NCBI RefSeq assembly: GCF_004010195.1
Contig: NC_057719.1
Coordinates: 48,205,071-48,269,070, forward strand
DNA length: 64,000 nucleotides
Reading direction: 5' to 3'
DNA from: Chiloscyllium plagiosum
Lineage: Eukaryota
Shown: positions 36,883 through 51,308 of the stretch, in pieces
How positions within the stretch are numbered: the stretch's first letter is position 1
Layout of the letters: every line of letters begins with the position of its first letter
Program-made: the position numbers and the translations under genes
Notes under the pieces: generated by a model
What the model was told of the DNA's origin: nothing
The model's input: only the letters and a program-made list of their open reading frames with translations
Databases searched by the model: none

Positions 36883-39800
36883 TTGCCAGAGTGGCGAGGA
36901 GAGGAGGAGTGGTGAAGCGAGGGCTGCCGGGAAGGGTGAGTTTTCCCACATTAAAAGGGACTTACCTCAGGAGTCAGGCCTCCATTTGCTGAGAGGTCCG
37001 AGGGAGGAGCGAAGGACTTCTGGGAAGTCATATATTTGTGCGGTTGCGTTACCCGAAACACTACTCGGTTAGTATCTCCCACCCATCCTCCTCCTCTAAC
37101 AAAACAAAAGGTTCTGTGCGCCAGATTGGTAAGGTAACGAGTTTATTTTTTATTCCTTATTTTTCAACAGTCTCTTTGGGAATTTAGAATAGTGGGAATG
37201 GAGGTTAGGGCAGTTGAATGTTCTTCCTGCAGATTGTGGGAGGTAAGGGTCACCACTAGTGTCCCTGCTGACTACATCTGTGGGAAGTGCACCCGACTCC
37301 AGCTCCTCGAAAACTGCGTTAGGGAACTGGAGCTAGAGCTGGATGAACTTTGGATCATTTGGGAGGCAGAGGGGGTTATTGAGAGGAGTTCCATGAGGTA
37401 GTCACTCCTCAGGTACAATAAAAGGCAGATGGGTTAGTCAGGGGATGGAAAGGGAACCGGCAGGCAATGCAGGGATCCCCTGTGGCCATTTCCCTCAACA
37501 ATAAGTATACCGTTTTGGATACTGTTGGGGTGGATGACTTACCAGGGGAAAGCACAGGGCTCTGGCACAGAGTCTGTCTCTGCTGCTCAGAAGGGAAGGG
37601 GGAATAAGACCAGAGCAGTAGTCATTGGGGACTCCATAGTTGGGGAGACAAGGAAGTTCTGTGGGGACGAGAGAGACTCACGATTGGTGTGTTGCCTCCA
37701 ATGTGCCAAGGCTCGTGATGTCTCTGATCATGTTTTTGGGATCCTTAAGGGGGAGGGGGAGGGGGAGCGGCCCCAAGTCGTGGTCCACATAGGCACCAAT
37801 GACATAGGTAGGAAGAGAGATGGGGATTTAAGGCAGAAATTCAGGGAGCTAGGATGGAAGCTTAGAGCTAGGACGAAAAGAGTTGTTGTCTCTGGTTTGT
37901 TGCCCATGCCACGTGCTAGTGAAGTGAGGAATAGGGAGAGAGAGGAGTTGAACACATGGCTACAGGGATGGTGCAGGAGGGAGGGTTTTGGATTATAGAA
38001 CATAGAGCATAGAACATTACAGTGCAGTACAGGCCCTTCGCCCCTCGATGTTGCGCTGACCTGTCATACCAATCTGAAGCCCATCTAACCTACACTATTC
38101 CATGTATGTCCATATGCCTGTCCATTCTTATAATGCGGTGACCAGAACTGTACACAATACTCCAAGTGCGGCCGCAGCAGAGTTTTGTACAGCTGTAGCA
38201 TAACCTCATGGTTCCGGAACTCGATCCCTCTGTTAATAAAAGCTAAAACACTGTATGCCTTCTTAACAACCCTGTCAACCTGGGTGGCAACTTTCAAGGC
38301 TTCCCAGAGGATCCTAGCATAAATCTCATTCGGCCCAGGGGACTTATCTATTTTCACACTCAGCAGGATTTCTAATACCTCCTCCTTGTGAACCTCAATC
38401 CCACCTAGTCTAGTAGCCTGTATCTCAGTATTCTCCTCAACAACATTGTCGTTTTCTAGAGTGAATACTGTCGAAAAATATTCATTTAGTGCTTCCCCTA
38501 TCTCGTCTGACTCCACACACAATTTCCCACTACTATCCTTGATTGGCCTTAATCTTACCCTCGTCATTCTTTTATTCCTTAAATACCTATAGAAAGCCTT
38601 AGGGTTTACCCTGATCCTATCCGCCAACAACCTCTCATGTCTCCTCCTGGCTCTTCTGAGCTCTCTCTTTAGGGCTTTCCTGGCTACCTTGTAACCGTCA
38701 AGCGCCCTAACTGAGCCTTCACATCTCATCCTAACATAAGCCTTCTTCTTCCTCTTGACCAGAGATTCCACTTCCTTCATAAACCATGGCTCCCGCACTC
38801 TACAGCTTCCTTGCTGCCTGACAGGTGCATACTTATCTAGGACACTCAGGAGCTTTTCCTTGAATAAGCTCCACATTTCTAATGCGCCCATCCCCTGCAG
38901 TTTCCTTCCCCATCCTATGCTTCCTAAATCTTGCCTAATCGCATCGCAATTGCCTTTCCCCCAGCTGTAACTCTTGCCCAGTGGTATACATCTATCCCTT
39001 TCTATCACTAAAGTAAACATAATAGAATTGTGATCGCTATCACCAAAGTGCTCACCTACTTCCAAGTCTAACACCAGTACCAAATCTAATGTGGCTTTAC
39101 CCCTTGTTGGCCTGTCTACATACTGTGTCAGGAAGCCCTCCTGCACACACTGGACAAAAACTGACCCATCTATAGTACTCATACTATAGTGTTCCCAGTC
39201 AATATTTGGAAAGTTGAAGTCCCCCATGACAACTACCCTGTCTCTCACACTCCTATCGAGAATCATCTTTGCTATCCTTCCCTCTACATCTCCAGAACTA
39301 TTCGAAGGCTCCCAACAATATAGAAAACTCCCAACAGGGTGACCTTTCCTTTCCTGTTTCTAACCTCAGCCCATACTACCTCAGTTGACGAGTCCCCAAA
39401 CATTCTTTCTGCAACTGTAATACTGACCTTGACCAACAATGCCACACCTTCCCCTCTTTTACCATCTTCTCTGTTCTTACTGAAACATCTAAATCCTGGA
39501 ACCTGCAACAACTATTCCTGTCCCTGCTCTATCCATGTCTCCGAAATGGCCACAATATCGAAGTCCCAGGTACCAACCCATGCTGCAAGTTCACCCACCT
39601 TATTCCAAATGCTCCTGGCGTTGAAGTAGACACTCTTCAAACCAACTTCTTGCTTGCCGGTGCCATCTTGCGTCCCTGAAACTTGATTTCGGACCTCCCT
39701 ACTCTCAACCTTTTCTATACTCGAACTACAATTTTGTTTCCCATCCCCCTGCTGGATTAGTTTAAACCCACCCCAATAGCCTTAGCGAATTCCCCCCCCC

Positions 39801-41118
39801 CAGGATATTGGTACCCCTCTGGTTCAGATGAAGACAATCGTGCTTGTAGAGGTCTAACCTACCCCAGAAAGAGCCCCAATTATCCAAGAATGTGTGAAAA
39901 TAGATAAGTCCCCTGGGCCAGATGGGATTATCCTAGGATCCTCTGGGAAGCCAAGGAGGAGATTGCCGAGCCTTCGGCATTGATCTTTAAATCATCATTG
40001 TCTACAGGAATAGTGCCAGAAGACTGGAGGATAGCAAATGTGGTTCCCCTGTTCAAGAAGGGGAGTAGAGACAATCCTGGTAATTATAGACCAGTGAGCC
40101 TTAATTCAGTTGTTGGTAAAGTGTTGGGAAAGGTTATAAGAGATAGGATTTATAATCATATAGAAAAGAATAACTTAATTAGGGATAGTCAGCACAGTTT
40201 TGTGAAGGGTAGGTCGTGCCTCCCAAACCTTACTGAGTTCTTTGAGAAGGTGACCAAACAGGTAGATGAGAGTATACCGGTTGATGTGGTGTATATGGAT
40301 TTCAGCAAGGTGTTCGATAAGGTTCCCCACAGTAGGCTATTGTACAAAATGCGGAAGGATGGGATTGTGGGAGATATAGCAGTTTGGATCAGTAATTGGC
40401 TTGCTGAAACAAGACAGAGGGTGGTGGTTGATGGGAAATGTTCATCCTGGAGTCCAGTTACTAGTGGTGTACCACAAAGGTCGGTGTTGGGTCCACTGCT
40501 GTTCGTCATTTTTATAAACGACCTGGATGAGGGCGTAGAAGGGTGGGTTAGTAAATTGGCGAATGACACTAAGGTTGGTGGAGTTGTGGATAGTGACGAA
40601 GGATGTTGTAAGTTACAGAGAGACATAGATAAGCTGCAGAGCTGTGCTGAGAGGTGGCAAATGGAGTTTAATGCGGCCAAGTGTGAGGTGATTCACTTTG
40701 GTCGGAGTAACCGGAATGNNNNNNNNNNNNNNNNNNNNNNNNNNNNNNNNNNNNNNNNNNNNNNNNNNNNNNNNNNNNNNNNNNNNNNNNNNNNNNNNNN
40801 NNNNNNNNNNNNNNNNNNNNNNNGTGACGGCGAGCATGAGGGGGCATAGCTTTAAATTGGGGGGTGATAGATATAGGACAGATGTCAAAGGTAGTTTCTT
40901 TACTCAGAGAGTAGTAAGGGTATGGAATGCTTTGCCTGCAACGGTAGTAGATTCACCAACTTTAAGTACATTTAAGTCGTCATTGGACAGGCATATGGAC
41001 GTACATGGAATAGTGTAGGTTAGATGGGCTTCAGATTGGTATGACAGGTCAGCGCAACATCGAGGGCTGAAGGGCCTGTACTGCACTGTAATGTTCTATG
41101 TTCTATGTTCTATGTCCT
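36883..41118 (+). mobile_element. Full-length CR1 with internal inversion and a second antisense CR1
   Basis: 5'UTR; ORF1 with zinc finger, leucine zipper and esterase (IGDS, HIGTND) at 37192-37993; inverted EN segment at 38300-39891; RT at 39980-40718; (ATGTTCT)n tail; TSD ATAATT at 36877-36882 and 41119-41124. Confidence 0.9.
40719..40823. other. Assembly gap
   Basis: Run of N. Confidence 1.
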
Positions 41119-44100
41119 ATAATTAATTTCTGCCATCCCAGCAAGCCCGGTGGGTTCTCAGACACCCAATTAATCAGAATATTCTTCTGTGCACAGTATG
41201 CAAGAATATTAAATAATTTCTTCCCATGCCCATCTAAAGATGGTAAATTTGGTAGACCTAAGAGGAGAGATATCGGGTCTACTTTGACTTCAGTCCTCAA
41301 TATCCTCCCTATCTCTCCCGCCACAGCGCTCCAATAAACACGGAGCCTGTGGCATACTCAGAAGCAATGGGTAAGAGTACCAACACTTATTTTACATTTG
41401 GGGCACACTGAAAATGCCCCTTTTATAAACTTTGCCAGACGGTTTGGTGCCAGATGAGCCCTTTGCAGAACTTTTAACTGCGTAGTGCATGTCCTATTAC
41501 AGATTGAGATCTCCCATATGTTCTCCAATGTTTCAGAAGAGATCTCCACTCCTAACTCTTGCTCCCAGACCTCACATAACCGTTAAGATCCAGCCAGGCC
41601 CTGCCACCCAGAAAGCGATCGAGGGCACTAACCGAAAGGGTGCTTGTGGAATGTAGTAACAACCTCTCTGTATTGGGCTTATAGGGCTTAGTGAGAAGTG
41701 TAGTCTTCTTCTGGATGAAATCCCTAACCTGAAAAAAACGGAAAATATCTCTGCTGGGCAACCCGTATTTGCAGCTCAGTTGCTCAAAAGACATCATAAC
41801 CTCCCCCTCAAACAAGTCTCCCAAACTAGAAACCCCTCTTGCTGCCCATTGTTTGAACCCTGAGTCCATCATCCCTGGTCGGAACCCTGGCATGCCAACT
41901 ATAGGCGTAAGTGGCGAACTCTTGTATGAACAACCCTCACTCTGACGCATCACCCTCCATGCCTTGACTGTACTAATGACAATGGGGTTCTGGCAATGGT
42001 CCATAACTGTCTTATCCATGAACAGGTTAATAAGAGGGCACTTTGCCTGGGAGGCCTCAATATCCAACCAGATGGAGTTTGGATCGTTACCAACCCAATC
42101 ACAAAGGACAGCAGGGAACTCAATTGATACCTCCTGGTATCTGGGAAATCAACTCCTCCCCTTCCTTGAGGCAACTGCAATTTAGTAAGTTTGATGAGGG
42201 GCCACTCACGATGCCAGACAAAGAAACCAAACCACTGCATAAGCTTCCGCAGTATTGACCTGGGAAACATTATAGGGAGCATACACATGGGATAAAGCAA
42301 ACGAGGAAGAACATTCATCTTAATGGCAGGTATTTGGCCCAGCCATGAAATTGGAAGAGCCTCTCATCTCTGGAGATCTTGCCTAATATTGTCGAGAAAG
42401 TGAGCAAAGTTAATCCGAAATAACAGATCAAACTTGGGGGTAATAAAAATGCCTAGGTCTTGGAACCCTGTCCGTGACCACTTAAAAGGGAACTTAGGGC
42501 CACCTTCAACTTCTGGCATATCCTTAAGGTTCCCCAAAAGCATAGCCTCCGATTTTGCAAAGTTAATTTTATATCCAGAAATAGCCCCAAATGAATTGAT
42601 ACATTGTATCAACTGGGGTACAGAGGTCATTGGGTCCAATAAAAACAGAAGGACATCATCCGCATACAATGTAATCTTGTGTGCCCTCGATCCCACCTCC
42701 GGAGCAGTTATGTGGACGTTCTGACGAATGGCCTCTGCCAGCGGCTCTATCATCAACGTAAACAAAAACAGTGAGAGGGGCAGCGCTAAAATTCCCAGAC
42801 TTCACCATGTTGGTGATGACCGCGGCCAGAAGGCTGGCAATATAAAACCTCTGCCCACCTAGCAAAGACTGCACCCAACCCAAACTGTTCTCAGACATAA
42901 AAGAGATATGGCCATTCCATCCTCTCAAATGTTTTCTCTGCATCCAAAGAAATCACCAACCCCTGAATCGACCATTGCTGACAAACTTGGACCACATTCA
43001 GCAACCTTCTAATATTATTAGAGGACCTACGGCCCCTTATTAAGCCTATCTGGTCCTCTTTAATAATATGGGACAACATCCTTTCCAATCTCAGCGCCAG
43101 GATCTTGGACAGAATCTTGAAATCTGAATTTAATAGAGAGATGGGCCTGTATGAGGCATAATCCTCAGGAACCTTCCCCTTCTTAAGAATTAGGGAAATA
43201 TTAGCTTCTCTCAAAGACGGTGGTATGCATTCATACATATAGGAGTGATTGTACATCTCCAACATTGGCCCTGACAGAATCCCTATAAACTCCTTATAAA
43301 ACTCACCCGGAAGACCATCAGGGCCAGGTGCTTTCCCATTCTGAAGTTGCCTAACTGCCTCCTGTATTTCCTGAACTGTCAAGGGTGCATTAAGGAGAGA
43401 GGCCTGTTCCAAGGTTACCCCTGGGAGGTCCAAGTTCTTAAAAAAAGGTCTCCACTTTAGCCCTCCTGTCCTCGCAACTTTCAGACCGATACAATTCAGT
43501 GTAAAAGCTGAAAAGCCTCATTAATCTTTTTAGCATGTCCCTGATTGCAGTAATGGATTGGGGAACACGCTTTTTCCTAGTCAGGTACACTAAATACTTC
43601 CCTGGCCTATCCCCATATTCGAACAGCCTTTGTCTAGCAAAAGCAAGTTCTTTTTTTGCATTTTGTGTCAGTGTTGAAGTCAAGGCAGCCCAGAGGTCCA
43701 TGATCCGCTGTGGCTTAGTCACCAAAGGTCGCACAAAATGTGCTGCCACGGCAGCTTTCAACCGCATCTCAAGTAGACGCTGCTGTTCCTCCTTCTGTCA
43801 TTTCCGGCTCACTGAATAGGAAATAGCTAATCCCCTAGCAAAGGCCATTGCAGTCTCCCATAGCATAGATGGATTATTAGCCGTGACAGAGTTGATAGTC
43901 AACAATTTCTGAAACTCCTTCAAAAGGTATTCCACAAATTTGGAATCCTTAAGGAGAAAGGGGTCCAAACGCCCTCTTGGCCTTAACCTCCAAATATACT
44001 GCTGCATGATCAGAGATAGCTATATTCCCAATTTTACATCCCATAATCTAATCCAGAAGGGCCAAGGGATCCAGAAAGAGGTCAATTCTCGTGTGACATT

Positions 44101-46682
44101 TATGTAGGTTTGAAAAAATGGTGAAGTCCTGCCAGTAGGGTGAAGACATTTCCAAATAACCACCAACCCCAACTCCTCACATAAGTCAACCACCTGCTTG
44201 GCCTACGAAGAAATAGTTGGGGGCCCACAAGGCATCCTATCCACTGTCAGATCCAAAAGACAATTAAAATCCCCCCCTATAATAATATGCTGTGTTCCAA
44301 AAGCACTCAACTTAAGAAAGCATTAATCAAAAATTTGAGGGGATGCCCTGGAGGACAGTAGACATTTAAAATGCCATATTCCTCCCAAGTATTACAAACT
44401 GTCCCTGATCATCTTTCACCTGCTCGAATAATGTGAACGGAAGATTTTTCTGGATATGTACCACCACTCCCCTACTTTTAGTAGTAAAGGATGAAAAGAA
44501 TACCTGGTCATAACACCCTTGTTGTAATTTAACGTGTTCCCCATCATCAAGATGGGTTTCCTGCAATAAAGCGATATCAACCCTTTCCCTCTTAAGGCTG
44601 GAAAGCACGTTTTTCCTTTTAACAGGCAAATGACTTCCCTTAATGTTCCAGGTGCACCATTTAATAAGACACTTAGCCATATTCCCTTTCAGAGGCCCTT
44701 GAACCCCTCAGAGGGAGAACCCTGCTTACAAAGCGCTGAGCATAAGTAAATAAAAACTCAGAGTCGAAGAGCTATATATACAAAAACTACTCTATCATAA
44801 CTATAAACAACTATTACTACCAAAAAACTACAAAGAAAACCAATCATTAAACCTTGATTGGAAGACTCTTCCCCCTGCCCATAGGGGGCACTCACCCTAC
44901 CCATCCCCTCCTTCACAGCTCCTTCAAACCTGGACTGTGTCCCAGCCTTAGGCCAGAAAATAAAACAAGGAGATGATCCTTAAGTCAACAGAAAAAAGAC
45001 AAAGTCAGGATAAGCACTCCACCCATCCCTGGCTTCATGTCACCCCTACTTGTGACTAAAAGAGAAACAGAACAAACAGAAAAAGGGGGAAAGACAACAA
45101 AGAACATCCACAAAATGTCCCATCAGAAAATCCAGTTATTCAAAAAATAGGAACAACTTATTCCAAGGTCTTTTCCCCCTGTCCAAAAAGAAAATTATTA
45201 GGGAGAAAGAAAGGAATAAATAAAAAGGAAGGGAAAACATGGGGAAAGATAGAAAAGAGAACAAACATTAACCATATTCTTCAGGCCAATCCGTCTATTT
45301 TAAAGTGTCTACAAAGTTCTTAGCTTTATTCACTGAGTCAATGCATAAACTGAGTCGTCGTGGCTGAAATGGAGCACTGTGGGGTATCTCATGGAGTACT
45401 GGATGTCCAGGTTCCTCAGCCTCTTTTTAACTTCATCGAAGGACTTCCTCTTTCGAATTACAGCTGCAGAGAAATCCTGGAAAAACATGATTTTTGACCC
45501 CCTGTACAGCAGTGCCTGCGGATCTTTTCCCAGGAAGCTTCTATGACTTTTTGCTTGTCCTTATATGAGTGGAAGTGCACTAGGACCGAGTGGGGCGCTG
45601 CAATGGGCCTGACCTCCGCTGTAACCCGATAAGCCCTTTCAATCTGCAACCTGATCGACTCAATTTGAAGGCCCAAAAACTTCGGTAGCCAGTTTTCACA
45701 GAAGTTGACTGGTTGATCACCTTCAGGGAGCCCGACAATTCGGAGATTTACCCTCCGACCTCGATTTTCGAGGTCGTTGATATGGTTTCGCAAGGTCCGC
45801 ACTTCTCACTCCAGCACCTGGATCCGACTGGATGAGGACTCCATTGCAGCTTCCGAGGCCTAAGTTCGACCCTCCACCTCCTCCAGCCTCTCCCTGAGGC
45901 CCTGGATCTCCTGCTCATGCTTTTGCAGCATGGATGCAATAGGTTGGACCTGGACACGAATCTCCCCACGGATCTCCTCAATCGCTGCCCCAACTTTCAA
46001 GGTAAGTCTCCATCGCTGCACCCAATTCCTGTGAGTCTGTCAGGTCCCCAGGGGGTTCAGGAGAGGCTGCTGCTGCTGCTGCAGTCTCTGGTGAGATAGT
46101 TGCTGCAGGGGAGTGTCCTCCCTGCTGCTGTTTGCTCACTCCTTTTCCCTTTGGCATCCTTCCCACTCCCAAATATTAACAAATATGTGTTCTGTAAGGT
46201 TTTAAACTAATAATTCCACCACATAAGTTGACCAGGGATGGCAAAAGACACCAGTATGCCTTGGCTGTTAGGCAGAGTGGTCCACAGCAGTTCTACGGAA
46301 TCACCGCCACTTTGCCGAGTCATAGGAGTAGGGTTAAGAGGTGAATCAGGAAGGAAAAAAGGGGACATGAGATAGCTTTGGCAAATTGGGATGAAGGAGA
46401 ATCCAAACATTTTCTATAAATACGTTAAGGACAAAAGACTAACTAGGGAGAGATTAGGACCCCTTAATGATCAACAAGGCCGCCTATGTGTGGAATGACG
46501 GGAGATCAGGGAGATACAAAATGAGTTTGCATCATGTTTACTGTGAAGAAGGATATGGAAGCTAGAGGACTTGGGGAAATAAATAGTGATATCTTAAAAA
46601 GTGCCTATATTACAGAGGAAGAGGTGCTGGATGTCTTAAAATGCATAAAGGTGAACAAATTCCCAGGACCAGATAAGATGTA

Positions 46683-46811
46683 GAAGCCCTTCATCAGGAC
46701 TTATGCCTTAAACGTCGATTCTCCTGTTCCTTGGATGCTGCCTGACCTGCTATGCTTTTTCAGCACCACACTCTCGACTCTGATCTCCATCATCTGCAGT
46801 TCTCACTTTCT
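46683..46811 (+). mobile_element. Short PLE pLTR insertion in CR1
   Basis: TSD ACCAGAT(A/C)AGATGTA at 46668-46682 and 46812-46826; small inverted piece GCCCTTCATCAGG at the 5' end. Confidence 0.85.
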
Positions 46812-48429
46812 ACCAGATCAGATGTACCCTAGAACTTTATGGGAAGCTAGGGAAGTGATTTCTGGGCCCCTTGTTGATGTATTTGTAACCTCAATAACCA
46901 CAGGTGAGGTGGCAGAAGACTGGAGGTTGGCTAATGTGATGCCATTATTGAAGAAAGGTGGTAGGGAACTATCGACCAGTGAGGGCATTCTGAGGAACAG
47001 GATTTACATGTATTTGGAAAAGCAAGGACTGATTAGAGATAGTCAACATGGCTTTGTACATGGGAAATTATGTCTCACTAACTTGATTGAATTTTTTGAA
47101 GAAGTGATAAAGAGGATTGATGAAGTAAGAGCAGTATATATTTTCTATATGGACTTCAGTAAAGTGTTCAATAAGGTTGACTGATTAATAAGGTTAGATC
47201 ACATGGAATAAGGGAGAACTAGCCATCTGGAATCAAAATTAGCTAGAAAGTAGAAGACAGAGGGCATTGGTGGAAGGTTGCTTTTTTGGACTGGAGGCCT
47301 GTCACCAGTGATGTGCCACAGGGATTGGTGCTAGGTCCACTGCTTTTTGTCATTTAATAAATTATTTGGATGTGAATATAGGCGGTATGATTAATAAATT
47401 TGCAGATGACACCAAAATTGGTGGTGTAGTGGACACAAAGAAGATTGCCTCAGAATACATGGGACCTTAATTAGATGGGCCAATTGGCCGAGGTGTGGCA
47501 GTGGAGTTTAATTTAAATAAATGTGAGGTGCTACATTTTGGTAGAGCAAAACTAATAAGCAGGACTTATACACTTTAAGGTAACGTCCTGGGAGTGTTGC
47601 CAAACAAAGAGACCTTGGATTTCAGATTCATAGTTCCTTGAATTTGGAGTCACAGGTAGACAGGGTAGTGAAGAAGGCATTTGATACACTTGCCTTTATT
47701 GGTAAGTGCATTGAGTACAGAAGTTGAGAGGTCATGTTGTGGCTGTATAGAACATTGGTTAGCCACTTTTGGAATACTACGTTCAATTCTGGTCTCCCTA
47801 CAATAGGAAGGTTGTTAAACCTGAAAGGGTTCATATAAGATTGAGGAGGATGTTGCTAAGGTTGGAAGGTTTGAGCTATAGGAGGATGCTAAATAGACTG
47901 GGGCTGTTTTCCCTGGAGCATCAGAGGCTGATGGGTGACCTTGTAGAGGTTTATGAAATCATGAGGGTAGGGTGAATAGTCAAGGTCTTTTCCCCAGGAT
48001 AGGGCAGTCCAGTTTAAGGTGAGAGGGAAAGATTTAAAAGGAACCTAAGAGGCAACATTTTCATATAGAGGGTTTTGCATGTAAGTAATGAGCTACCTGA
48101 GGAAGTGGTGGAGGCTGGTACAATTACAACATATAGAAGGCATCTGGATGGGTATATGAATAGGAATGGTTTACAGGGATATGGGCCAAATACTGGCAAA
48201 TGGGAGTAATCAATTAAGGTGTCTGGTCGGCATGGATGAGTTGGACCGAAGGGTCTCTTTCCATGAAACCCTCATAAAGTTCTCCCCTAGTCTTTCAATA
48301 GTTTTCTCTAAAATCTCTAAAGATGTTGGCTTCATGATGACAACTTCAGGTCATTTAGTATGTACATGTACAAGAAAAACACTTGCCCTTTATTAGAGTC
48401 CTCACTGATTTTTCATTATTTTTGATTGA

Positions 48430-51308
48430 TTCTTTTATCAATTGTCGTTTGGAGCTGTGAACTGGGAACTATGAGCTAAAGATAACTTTTGGACTGTGGG
48501 CAAAAACATACCAAGTAACTTTATGCTTATTTGTGAGGCCAGCTCTAGAGGTTAATTGCAGGATAGTTCCCGTTAAAGGGTTCTGGAGAAACTTCATGAC
48601 CAGAGAACAGCATTATGTTTGAACAGATAGCAAATGGCTATTGACAAGGTCAGGACATGGGTATTGGTTCCAGCAAGTCTGGAAAAGACTATGCTCAAGC
48701 AGATGGCAAATGCTGAATGGTAATTGGGACTGAGTGGAGGAGTCTGCCAGTCTCTCAGGGAGTGGTAAATGTTTGAATTGAGGTTTGGACTGTGTTTTCT
48801 ATGAAAAAGGAATCTGGCTGTTGATGCTACAACATAAAGATCTGAAGGCTCCCTGCCTTACCTCCCATGGCAGCTCTTGAAAGCTCTGAGAGGAGAGAAC
48901 CAAGTTTTATACCAACTAAGTATTATTGTTTTTATCTGAGTAAACTGAAAAGGTGACCCTGATTGACATTTTTTAAAAAAATCAGCCAAGAAACCATCAT
49001 CCAAACCTGTGGAACAAGGCATCATAAAAAAAATCACTAAAATAATCTGGTCAGTTTTATTATTTTCTTTTATGTATCACGTAAGTGTGTGTGTTTGTTA
49101 GTCTTTTGTGTGAATGGGACTGTAAACAAAGGTTTTTAGATTACTTTGTTACTTAATTTTGCTCTATTGAAGTTATTGTATAGTTAATAAATTGCTTAGT
49201 CTTTTGTTTAAGCTATAGACCCAGTGTTAAAAATTGATTATTCCCAGAGTTTAGAATTAGTTATTCAAAAAGTCTGGTTGGGAACATTTTGGGTAAGTTT
49301 TGAGCATCTTTGAAGGTTTTAATTTGACTGTGTTTTGATTACAGAGGTGGAAAGGCTGATTTGGTATGGCTGCCTGTCTCTGCATTGTAAAATAAGTGGG
49401 GGCTTGAGTCTGGGATCTGGAAATGCAGACAATAAGTCTAGAATTGGATTTTGGAGTAGGCAACCAGACACCAGATTTGTATTCAGACATAAAATGACAC
49501 TGGAAATTGTTAAAGAGCTTTTGAAAGTGTCAGAAGTTTCTCTGGTATGGTTGCAGAGTATGACTATAGCTAAACCAGCAGAGTTAGCCAGCAGACTAGA
49601 AGTAAAGTTGCCAGAGCAAGTTAAGAAGTCAGACATTATAGATTTAATAACAAAATAGTTGAGTTCAGTGGAAAGAGAGAGGCAAGGTAGTACAGGTAGT
49701 ATATCAGATGCATAAGTCAATCTTGAGCTGCAGTTTAGGCAAATGGAAATTAGAAAATTGGAAGTTTAACTAGACGTTAAACTAGGAAAACTTGGAAGAG
49801 GAAATTTCTAGTCATAAACCATCGTTCAGTCAGGACATGTTTCATGTTAAGCAGGCTTTGCCTAAATTGAAAAGGAGGTCAAAGCATTTTTCATATTGTT
49901 TTGAGAAGAAAGCAAGACAAATGAGGTGAGCAAAATCAGATTGGACCTTGTCCATCTAAATTAACTGGCGAAGTACAATAGATTTAAGAATTCCTGTCAA
50001 ATTCAAGGGATTATGATGAGGTGAAAAGGGCTATTCTAAGTGCATGTGATTTAGTCACAGAAACAGACAAGCAGAGGTTTTGGAATTTATGGAAACAGCC
50101 TGGACATATCTATACTGCGTTTGAGAGAGTTAAACAAAATAATATTAACAGGTGTTAAAAGCCTTATAGGCTGAGAATTCTTAAGGTGCTAAGAACCTTA
50201 TAGGCTAAGATGCTCCCAGAAAAGTTATTCTTTTTGAAGAATTAAAAATTTTCCTACCTTCTGTAATCAGAATTTATAGAAGACCAATAGATAGAAACAG
50301 CAAGACAAGCAGCTTTAATGGCTGATGATTATGAACTGATCCATGAACCTTTGATCCCTCATGCCTAGAAATTTGAGAAGAATAAAAAATGGAAGAGTGA
50401 AAGTAAGACAAGTAATCAGAGTAGAGAATGGACATAGTGAATGTTCCAAGAACTCCTTCTCAGATTAAGGAGTAATTTCCTGAGGACAGAGGTGAAGCTT
50501 AAATGTTTCTGTTGTAATAAATATTGGAATATTGGAATTTGTAAGATAGGCCCATGAGACTTATTTACGATAGTAAAAATAATCAGAGAAGGGAACAGAT
50601 GTTGTCACAGATTAGGTTTTGTTCTAACTACATTGATAAGGCCGGAAGTGAATTCTATCATTAGTAAAGAAATATGTGTGAGGTAGATGAGAAGTATGCA
50701 GAATTTTTGTTGAAAGGGAAAGTGCCTCCTTTTTCTTCAGGTGAGGTAGCTGAATCCACAACCATATTAAGAGAGAGGGGTAACACATTGATGTTTACTG
50801 GAGAAAGACTTGTTTTTCTCTCCAGCAAGTTTGATGGGAGGTAAGTTATTAATAAATGGCATTGGTGGAGATTATATACTGATTCAGGAGAAGTAATTGT
50901 TGGAGCAGTTAAAAAAGTCTATTGAGGGAGTATACTTACTTCTGGCTAATGATTTGCGAGGACTAAAGGTAGTAGCTTCATCCATAATTACAGAATGCCC
51001 AGAGAAAGTACAAGAAATGGAACAATTATAGGAACAAGTTCCTGATTTCTTTATTTCATGTTATTAACCTGGGCAGTGGTTAAACAAAATCCATCAAAAA
51101 GGGTTGATGTGACACCAAAAGCAAGTGAAAACGTAGCTGAAACTTTCCAAAAGGGTGAAGATAAACCAGGTGGAGTGTTTGCTATGATGTCCCTAATTAT
51201 AGCACAAGAAGCTGGTTCTGGATTAAGTAAATTAATATAGTTAGCTCACACTGAAGTACGGGTTGAAAGAGTTCCAGAGTGCTATTATCTTAAGAATGGA
51301 TTGCTAAT
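48430..51308 (+). mobile_element. Degenerate Gypsy element (LTR, SCAN-like gag, protease)
   Basis: gag MTLEIVKELL...; ALPK..., DYDEVKRAILSACDLVTE..KQRF, ADDYEL, CFCCNK knuckle, TILRE.G, LANDL; many stops. Confidence 0.75.

Larger units (their letters stand above)
36389..46322 (-). mobile_element. Full-length L1-clade LINE (decayed) containing a nested CR1 complex
   Basis: ORF1 about 46157-45295 (DLENRGRRVNLRIVGLPE); ORF2 from 44680 (TWNIKG, QETH, YADD) to stop at 36744; poly(T) at 36389; TSD TAGGAGTA at 36381-36388 and 46323-46330; same family as 28815-32700. Confidence 0.92.
36170..48270 (+). mobile_element. CR1 ORF2 remnant split by an L1 (36389-46322) and a PLE (46683-46811)
   Basis: CR1 frame runs ...GACAGTAGGAGTA | TAGGAGTAGGGTTAAGAG...; later motifs [26 protein letters not shown] and QFWSP. 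Confidence 0.85.
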
